From positions 1,502 through 65,501 of the forward strand of contig JAEMSA010000002.1 in assembly GCA_016463095.1 (NCBI GenBank): a DNA stretch of 64,000 nt. Direction: 5' to 3'. A program made the position numbers and the translations under genes. Positions 57,372 to 64,000 of this stretch are shown here, piece by piece. The notes under the pieces were generated by a model that searched no databases, had not been told where the DNA came from, and saw only the letters and a program-made list of their open reading frames with translations. Origin of the DNA: Candidatus Nanopelagicales bacterium. Lineage in GTDB: Bacteria > Actinomycetota > Actinomycetes > S36-B12 > UBA5976. The stretch's first letter is position 1. Each line of letters opens with the position of its first letter.

Positions 57372-58040
57372 ATGGCTCGCGTATTAGTAGTCGATGATGA
57401 TCAAGCACTTTCTGAAATGTTAGGCATCGTTTTAAGGGCTGAAGGCTTTGACGCATTATTTTGTGATGATGGTTCTAAAGCTCAAGGGATTTTCAACGAG
57501 GCAAAACCCGACTTAGTGTTACTTGATCTCATGTTACCTGGGATAGATGGCATTGAAGTTTGTAGGAAAATTCGAGCTGAATCCGGTGTGCCAATTGTTA
57601 TGTTGACTGCCCGGGGGGACACATTAGATATTGTCAAAGGTTTGGAATCTGGTGCTGATGATTACATTGTTAAACCTTTCAAACCAAAAGAATTAGTTGC
57701 AAGAATTAAGGCAAGGCTAAGAAAAGAAGATGCTAAGTCCGAATCATTAATAATCGGTGATCTATCAATAGACGTAATTGGACACAGTGTAAAAAGAGAT
57801 GGAAAAGATATATCTTTAACTCCTTTAGAGTTTGATTTACTTTTGGCTTTAGCAAGAAAACCTTGGCAGGTTTATACGCGTGAACAGTTACTTACCGATG
57901 TTTGGCATTATCGTAATCCTGCGGATACAAGATTAGTAAATGTTCATATTCAAAGATTAAGATCTAAAGTTGAACATGATCCTGAAAATCCTGAAATTGT
58001 CATGACCGTTAGAGGTGTTGGGTATAAGGCTGGTCCGTGA
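57372..58040 (+). CDS. mtrA: OmpR-family response regulator MtrA
   Basis: It has 'RVLVVDDD', 'DLVLLDLMLPG', 'KPF' and a winged-helix C-terminus. It is followed by mtrB-lpqB. Confidence 0.9.
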   Translation: MARVLVVDDDQALSEMLGIVLRAEGFDALFCDDGSKAQGIFNEAKPDLVLLDLMLPGIDGIEVCRKIRAESGVPIVMLTARGDTLDIVKGLESGADDYIVKPFKPKELVARIKARLRKEDAKSESLIIGDLSIDVIGHSVKRDGKDISLTPLEFDLLLALARKPWQVYTREQLLTDVWHYRNPADTRLVNVHIQRLRSKVEHDPENPEIVMTVRGVGYKAGP

Positions 58041-59653
58041 AGTATTTTTACCAATTTAAACAAGCTTGGAATAAATCTTTAAGTTTAAGAATCATCGCCA
58101 CAACATTTATGGTATCTACTATTTTAGTAACAATAATCGGAATTGTTTTAGTCAATAGAGTTTCATCAGGAATTCTTACCTCCAAAGAATCATCCTCAAT
58201 TACTGAAGCATCATCTGCAATTAATGAAGCGCAGCGAGTGGTTGTAGCAACAGATACTGGAGCTGGTGCTCCAACATTGTCTGTGGTGGTTGACACAGCT
58301 GTTACTGCATTAGCGGTGAGGGCTGGCCAATCTGGTTTATATGATGTTTTGTTTTTAGCATCCCCTGAAATTTCTAAACAAGGATTACCAGAACGTGGTA
58401 CAAATCTTGTCGCAGAAAACAGTGTTAATGATGAATTGAAAAGCAGAGTTGCATTGACGGATAAATTACTTTGGTCCTACACCAAAATTATTTATCTGGA
58501 CGGAAGAAGTGTGCCCGGACTTGTAGTAGGTGCACCAATAAAAATAAATAACGTTGGTACCTATTCACTCTTTTTACTTTTTCCGTTAGATAAAGAAGAA
58601 GAGACAATTGGAATTATTCGTTCTTCAGTTTTAGCTACAGGAATATTTTTAATATTTGGATTATTAATTTTGGTTTGGTACTTAACAAGATCTGTACTGG
58701 CCCCGGTTAGAAAAACTGCTAATGCGGCCGAAAGATTGCGAATGGGACTATTAAATGAGCGAGTGCCTGTCAGCGGGGAAGACGATTTAGCAAAATTAGC
58801 GGGCTCATTTAACTCAATGGCTGCTTCTATTCAACAACAAATCGGTCAGTTAGAAAAAATGTCTCGTATGCAAAAAAGATTCGTATCAGATGTTTCCCAT
58901 GAGCTTCGTACACCTTTAACGACAGTAAGAATGGCCGCGGATGTGCTCTACGAATCACGTGACCAATACACCGGGGAAACAGCAAGAGCTGCAGAACTCT
59001 TAAGTACCCAAATTGAAAGATTTGAAATCTTGCTTTCCCAATTATTGGAAATTAGTAGATTTGATGCAGGAGCTGCAGATTTAAGCTTAACCAATGTAAA
59101 TATTAAAAATGTTATAGAAAAGACAGCTGAATCATTATCTAATTTGCTAGCTAGACAAGAAACTCCTGTTGTGATCACAGGTCATGCTCCTGATATTGAA
59201 ATGGATCAAAGAAGAATTGAAAGAGTTTTGAGAAATCTAATTTCTAATGCTTCTGAATACGGGGCAGGTAAACCCATTGAAGTTGAAATTGGTAGTGACG
59301 ATGAAGCCATAGCCATTGTTGTTAGAGATAAAGGTCCGGGTTTAAAACCGGGGGAATCATCTTTGGTGTTCAACAGATTTTGGCGTGCAGATCCTGCCAG
59401 AGCTAGAACTACTGGTGGAACAGGTTTAGGTTTAGCAATTGCTTTGGAAGATGCAAGATTGCATTCGGGATGGCTTGATGCTTGGGGTGCACCCGGTAAA
59501 GGCACAATGTTTCGTTTAACTTTGCCCAGAGTTGCGCAAACTGCAATAACAAAATCACCTTTACCACTGGGCACTGGTGAAGATGAAAAACTTGAGTTTG
59601 ATATGTCGGCGCTGCAGGAACTGTTTAATGTTGATACCAAGAGCGAAAACTAA
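58037..59653 (+). CDS. mtrB: Sensor histidine kinase MtrB
   Basis: It has two TM segments, a HAMP domain, the H-box 'SHELRTPL', the N-box 'RNLISNASEY' and the G-boxes 'DKGPGL' and 'GGTGLGL'. Its start overlaps mtrA (GTGA). Confidence 0.9.
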   Translation: MKYFYQFKQAWNKSLSLRIIATTFMVSTILVTIIGIVLVNRVSSGILTSKESSSITEASSAINEAQRVVVATDTGAGAPTLSVVVDTAVTALAVRAGQSGLYDVLFLASPEISKQGLPERGTNLVAENSVNDELKSRVALTDKLLWSYTKIIYLDGRSVPGLVVGAPIKINNVGTYSLFLLFPLDKEEETIGIIRSSVLATGIFLIFGLLILVWYLTRSVLAPVRKTANAAERLRMGLLNERVPVSGEDDLAKLAGSFNSMAASIQQQIGQLEKMSRMQKRFVSDVSHELRTPLTTVRMAADVLYESRDQYTGETARAAELLSTQIERFEILLSQLLEISRFDAGAADLSLTNVNIKNVIEKTAESLSNLLARQETPVVITGHAPDIEMDQRRIERVLRNLISNASEYGAGKPIEVEIGSDDEAIAIVVRDKGPGLKPGESSLVFNRFWRADPARARTTGGTGLGLAIALEDARLHSGWLDAWGAPGKGTMFRLTLPRVAQTAITKSPLPLGTGEDEKLEFDMSALQELFNVDTKSEN

Positions 59654-61320
59654 TGAAAAAATATTTATTATTAATAATTCCTATAATTTTAACTGCTTGT
59701 GGCAGTGTGCCAATTGAAAGTTCAATTCGCGAAGGTGCAATTTTAGGATCAGTCCCCGAAGGTTCAATTGTTCGAGTTATTGCAAGTAATCCTCAAACAG
59801 GGATGACACCAGAGGAAATTGTCTCAGGTTTTCTTAACGCCTCAGCCTCAAGTGATAGTAATTTTAAAATTGCCAGAGAGTATTTGATACCTGAATTAAG
59901 AAATGTTTGGGAGCCGACTGAAGAAATTAAAGTTTACGAAGGACAAGGTAGAATAAATTCTTTACAAGAAAACACTGTTGTTTTTTCAGCTCCACTAAAT
60001 TCTGTGATTGATGAAAATTCAAGAATTGTTTTAAGTGAACCTGATGCACAATTAGTTCAAGAATTTAATCTCAAACAGATTGATAATGAATGGCGAATAG
60101 ATTTAAAAAATAAAGGTATTTTAATTTCTAGAGCAGACTTGAACAGAAGTTTTACTACATTTCCCTTATGGTTTCCGGATGCTTCACTTCAAACACTTGT
60201 TCCAGACAATGTGGTTTTGCCTCGAGCCACAACTGGTAACCCCACCAGACTTGTGCAGCTGTTGCTAGCTGGACCAGATGATTATTTGGCTGGAGCTGTG
60301 GTTTCGGCGTTTCCTGTGGGCACTGCTTTGGCGCTTAATTCAGTGCCAGTAAGTAACGGTTTGGCAACTGTTTCTTTAAACGAGACTGTACTAACCGCTG
60401 ATCCTTATTTACGAGAAGTACTGTCAAGTCAAATAGTTAAAACATTGGCGAAGATTCCAGAAATAAAAACAGTGCGTATCAATGTTGGTAGCCAGTCTTT
60501 AGTTGTTCCAAATACACCAATTAGACAAAGCACAACTGATTGGGAAAAATTTAGCCCTGACTTTAATCGAGAAGCAGGGGCTTTGGCGATTGAAAACGGA
60601 AAAATCGTAAATATTGATTCTGAGTCAGTATCCGCTGTTTCAGATGATTATTTTAATTCAGGTACCTGGTTTGCAGCTACTGCAAATAGAAAACAAAATA
60701 TTTTAGCTGCAGTAAATATTAATAGAACTAAAATGGTTGTACAAAACAGTTCAGTTGAGATCCCTCGTCGAATAACGGTGGAAGGTAGTTTATTAAGAAT
60801 TCCGCGAACCGACATTTTTGATTCTGTTTGGATAACTGGAGTCAATCAAGTATCAGTGGTTCAAAATAATCGATCTCTAAATGTTTCAATTGTGGGGGTA
60901 ACTAAACAAAACGTCATTGAGGTTATCCCTTCACCAGACGGGGTAAGAGTTTTACTAATCGTTAAAACTACTTACGGAACTGAACTTAGACTGGGCACCA
61001 TTGTGAGGGAGGATTTAAGTATCAAGATAAATAACTTACGAAAAATAACTCGAGATGGTTTCGCAGTCAGTCAGGCTACCTGGCAAGATGAAACAAATGT
61101 TTTGTATTTAGATAATTCTGTGGAACCTGCGACATTATTCACGGTAGATTCATTTACCGGAATGACAAAATCCCTATATTCCCAAAGTGGAACAACTAAT
61201 ATTGCTAGTGCGGTGAAGAAACCTTTGTTGTTATCTTTGAGCGATGGATCGTTGTTGGAAAGAGTCAGTGGTGATTGGGTCAACAGAGGCAATTTGACCA
61301 ATGCTTCCTACCCAGGTTAA
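59653..61320 (+). CDS. lpqB: Lipoprotein LpqB (MtrAB-associated)
   Basis: 555 aa. It has lipobox 'ILTAC'. 'VRVIASNPQTGMTPEEIVSGFL' is typical of the LpqB N-terminus. Confidence 0.8.
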   Translation: MKKYLLLIIPIILTACGSVPIESSIREGAILGSVPEGSIVRVIASNPQTGMTPEEIVSGFLNASASSDSNFKIAREYLIPELRNVWEPTEEIKVYEGQGRINSLQENTVVFSAPLNSVIDENSRIVLSEPDAQLVQEFNLKQIDNEWRIDLKNKGILISRADLNRSFTTFPLWFPDASLQTLVPDNVVLPRATTGNPTRLVQLLLAGPDDYLAGAVVSAFPVGTALALNSVPVSNGLATVSLNETVLTADPYLREVLSSQIVKTLAKIPEIKTVRINVGSQSLVVPNTPIRQSTTDWEKFSPDFNREAGALAIENGKIVNIDSESVSAVSDDYFNSGTWFAATANRKQNILAAVNINRTKMVVQNSSVEIPRRITVEGSLLRIPRTDIFDSVWITGVNQVSVVQNNRSLNVSIVGVTKQNVIEVIPSPDGVRVLLIVKTTYGTELRLGTIVREDLSIKINNLRKITRDGFAVSQATWQDETNVLYLDNSVEPATLFTVDSFTGMTKSLYSQSGTTNIASAVKKPLLLSLSDGSLLERVSGDWVNRGNLTNASYPG

Positions 61321-61358
61321 ATAATCACAGGTAATACTTTTCCACATTAAATTTTGTT

Positions 61359-62033
61359 TTGAGTGTCTGTATTTCTTGTTTGCCTCAGACTCGTTATATG
61401 CGTACCAATAAATTTATAAGAGATTTTGCAAATCTGATCAGTCAAAACTACTGCTACTTTTGCGGTCAAATCGAGGAAATCATCTGCCACAAATGTATTA
61501 AGGAATTGATTCAAGAAGCAAAGATTCAATATTTAGCAGAAGTTCCAGTTCTGTCAATGACATTGAATAATCCCACAATGTCAAAATTAATCAGTTCCTA
61601 TAAAGATCGTGGAGAAGCAAATCTTATAGTTCCGTTTTCAAAAATTATTTCACTTGGGCTGAAATATTTTTCTAAACATCAACACATCACCATAGTAAAT
61701 GTGCCAAGCACAGCTCAAGCATTACAAAAAAGAGGTTTAGATCCAATAACTCTTTTAGCGATTTCTACCTGCAAAATTGCGGGCAAAAGGTTTACCCATG
61801 ATCCTTTACTACTCCAAAACAATAAACACCGTAACGACCAAGCGGGGTTAAATGTTGCCCAAAGAAATATAAATATGAAAGATGCCTTCAAAGCTAATTA
61901 TTCGCTGACTAAACCGGTAATAATTATTGACGATTTAATAACTACCGGCTCATCACTTCGAGCCAGTCTTGCTGCCTTAAGGCAGCAAAAAATCAATGTT
62001 AAAGCTTGTGTGGTCATGGTTTCGCACCACTGA
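61359..62033 (+). CDS. comF: ComF-family phosphoribosyltransferase-fold protein
   Basis: It has an N-terminal Cys pairs region ('CISC...CYFC..C.KC') and the PRTase motif 'VIIIDDLITTGSS'. Confidence 0.75.
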   Translation: MSVCISCLPQTRYMRTNKFIRDFANLISQNYCYFCGQIEEIICHKCIKELIQEAKIQYLAEVPVLSMTLNNPTMSKLISSYKDRGEANLIVPFSKIISLGLKYFSKHQHITIVNVPSTAQALQKRGLDPITLLAISTCKIAGKRFTHDPLLLQNNKHRNDQAGLNVAQRNINMKDAFKANYSLTKPVIIIDDLITTGSSLRASLAALRQQKINVKACVVMVSHH

Positions 62034-62106
62034 ACCTTTACAAATTCTTGAATAGGTTTATGGTGGAGGTAGGAAACTGTACGATAAAACCAAATCGAGG
62101 TGGGCT

Positions 62107-62469
62107 GTGGAAATAGTAATTCACGGCAGACATGCTGATATCAAAGTCGACTTTAAAGATCACGTAATTAAACAAAGTACCAGACTTGAAAAATTTGGGG
62201 TAAAAATTGCCTTATTAGATGTAGAGGTAACTCATCGCGAAAACAAAAGACAAAAAAAAGTAGAATTTCAAATTGATTTAACAGCCAAAGGTGCTGGAAC
62301 TAATCTTCGCTCCCAAGCTGAGGGCTCTGATATGAATTCATGTCTGGACCACGCAGTGAAAAGATTAGAAGAACAACTCCGGCGAACTGCTGATCGGCGC
62401 AGATTCCATCGCCACCGCGAAGATTCTGTTTTATCTGCTGCAGATGTGAGCAAATTAAAGGAAATCTAG
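62107..62469 (+). CDS. hpf: Ribosome hibernation promoting factor, short form (S30AE/YfiA family)
   Basis: 120 aa with a GTG start. It has 'IHGRHADI...FKDHVIKQSTRLEKF' and 'VEVT...EFQIDL'. The tail is basic and there is no long-HPF C-terminal domain. Confidence 0.75.
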   Translation: MEIVIHGRHADIKVDFKDHVIKQSTRLEKFGVKIALLDVEVTHRENKRQKKVEFQIDLTAKGAGTNLRSQAEGSDMNSCLDHAVKRLEEQLRRTADRRRFHRHREDSVLSAADVSKLKEI

Positions 62470-62551
62470 GTCTTTAGATTTGGCGAAATTAGCAATTGCG
62501 TAACATAGGTACTGGTTTAGTTCAGACACTACAAATTAGAGGAAATTAATC

Positions 62552-64000
62552 GTGGTATTGGTTCTTGACAAGATTTTGCGTGCCGGCGAAGGCCGAATTT
62601 TGCGCAAACTTGAAAGCCTAGCCAAACAAGTAAATGCTCTAGAACCTGAATTGCAGAAGTTAAGTGACGAACAACTTAAATCGTTAACAAACACCTATAA
62701 AGTACGTGTACAAAATGGTGAATCACTAGATGATTTACTACCGGAAGCTTTTGCCACAGTTAGAGAAGCGTCAGTAAGAACTTTGGGTCAAAGACATTAT
62801 GACGTGCAATTAATGGGTGGGGCTGCACTTCACTTAGGAAATATTTCCGAAATGAGAACTGGTGAAGGAAAAACCCTAGTTTCAACTTTGCCGGCATATT
62901 TGAATGCCTTAAGTGGTAAAGGTGTTCATGTTGTAACAGTTAATGATTACTTAGCTCATCGTGATGCTGAATGGATGGGAAGAATCCATAGATTTTTAGG
63001 TTTAACAGTTGGAACAATTAGTCCAAGTATGGATAGTGCTGCAAGGCGAGACGCATATCTGTGTGACATAACTTATGGAACAAACAATGAATTTGGTTTT
63101 GATTATTTAAGAGACAACATGGCTTGGTCGCCAAACGATCGCGTGCAACGTGGTTACAACTTTGCCATTGTGGATGAAGTCGATTCAATCTTGATTGATG
63201 AGGCAAGAACACCATTAATTATTAGTGGACCAGTAGATGGAACTAATGCTCATTACAAGGATTTCGCCAGAATAGTTAGTGCAATGCAACCTGGAAAAGA
63301 TTACGAAGTAGACATTCGTAAAAGAACTGTTGGCGTGCTAGAAGAAGGTATTGCCTCGGTTGAAAAGTCTCTCAAGATCGACAACCTGTATGAATCAGTA
63401 AATACCCCCTTAATTGGTTTCTTAAACAATGCTTTGAAGGCAAAAGAACTATTTAAGCGCGACAAAGACTATGTGGTGATGAATGGTGAAGTTCTAATTG
63501 TTGATGAACACACTGGTCGAATGTTGCAAGGACGTAGATATAACGAAGGAATGCATCAGGCTATCGAAGCTAAAGAAAATGTTGAGATCAAACAAGAAAA
63601 TCAAACTCTTGCCACAATCACCTTGCAGAATTATTTCAGAATGTATTCAAAGCTTTCAGGTATGACTGGAACTGCGATGACCGAAGCAGCAGAATTTGAT
63701 AAAATTTACAAACTTGGTGTTGTACAAATTCCGACAAATAAGTCGATGATAAGAAAAGATCAATCAGATCTTATTTATAGAACCGAAGAGGCAAAATTTA
63801 CAGCCGTGGTAGAAGACTTGTTTCAGCGACATGACAATGGTCAACCAATATTAGTTGGAACCACAAGTGTGGAACGTTCTGAATATTTAAGTGGATTATT
63901 AAAAAAACGTGGCATTCCACATGAAGTATTAAACGCTAAGAATCATGAAAGAGAAGCTTCAATTATTGCCCAAGCTGGTCGTAAAGGTTCAGTAACTGTT
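62552..64000 (+). CDS. secA: Preprotein translocase ATPase SecA (5' part; runs off the window)
   Basis: It has a GTG start at 62552 after AGAGGA. Translation gives '[17 protein letters not shown]...'. Further motifs are '[13 protein letters not shown]', Walker A 'MRTGEGKTL' and '[20 protein letters not shown]'. The frame stays open to 64000, and the ORF is not in the supplied ORF track because no stop lies in the window. Confidence 0.95.
   Translation, partial: MVLVLDKILRAGEGRILRKLESLAKQVNALEPELQKLSDEQLKSLTNTYKVRVQNGESLDDLLPEAFATVREASVRTLGQRHYDVQLMGGAALHLGNISEMRTGEGKTLVSTLPAYLNALSGKGVHVVTVNDYLAHRDAEWMGRIHRFLGLTVGTISPSMDSAARRDAYLCDITYGTNNEFGFDYLRDNMAWSPNDRVQRGYNFAIVDEVDSILIDEARTPLIISGPVDGTNAHYKDFARIVSAMQPGKDYEVDIRKRTVGVLEEGIASVEKSLKIDNLYESVNTPLIGFLNNALKAKELFKRDKDYVVMNGEVLIVDEHTGRMLQGRRYNEGMHQAIEAKENVEIKQENQTLATITLQNYFRMYSKLSGMTGTAMTEAAEFDKIYKLGVVQIPTNKSMIRKDQSDLIYRTEEAKFTAVVEDLFQRHDNGQPILVGTTSVERSEYLSGLLKKRGIPHEVLNAKNHEREASIIAQAGRKGSVTV

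Noticed and set aside
1-64000. A search by eye for CRISPR arrays, tandem repeats, IS elements, integrases, toxin-antitoxin or other defence-island genes, tRNA/rRNA/tmRNA genes.
   Set aside because: No direct-repeat arrays or transposase, integrase or phage-like ORFs were seen. All intergenic regions are 175 nt or shorter and none folds into an obvious tRNA cloverleaf. The window is core-like chromosome apart from the salvage locus and the wall-polymer cassette.

Overview
The window looks like chromosome from an AT-rich, genome-streamlined actinobacterium. The lineage call rests on two WhiB-family genes, mtrA-mtrB-lpqB-comF-hpf-secA, and accA-maf-accE-accD-birA-purK. Gene order also recalls, from memory, M. 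tuberculosis Rv3240c-Rv3285, Rv0949-Rv0957 and Rv3410c-Rv3416. The low GC with actinobacterial content suggests a freshwater acI/Nanopelagicales-like organism, but that is inference. I call about 60 protein genes at very high coding density. Many starts and stops overlap, and all eight convergent gene junctions are 15 nt or less. I see no rRNA, tRNA, CRISPR array, transposase, integrase or phage-like genes. Most of the window is core metabolism and cell envelope: succinyl-CoA ligase, Sdh, Mdh, Icd, acyl-CoA carboxylase, PurH, TrpS, AhcY, and mannose activation genes. It also includes an LCP/GT2/ABC-2/CDP-alcohol-transferase wall-glycopolymer cluster. The most unusual region is 111-11491. There, mtnA, a fused class II aldolase/SDR, a CUT2-type sugar ABC importer, mtnK and an NTF2-like gene converge on a split transketolase plus a RuBisCO-like protein. 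I propose this as a candidate undescribed branch of 5-methylthioribose / 5-deoxyribose salvage. Three secondary points stand out. First, a CarH/LitR-type MerR regulator carries an exact Wx9EH signature and lies divergent from a whiB3-like gene. Second, a PurK-like protein appears to lack the ATP-grasp lid subdomain. Third, several intergenic palindromes are candidate operators. All homology calls come from reading the supplied translations by eye; no searches were run.
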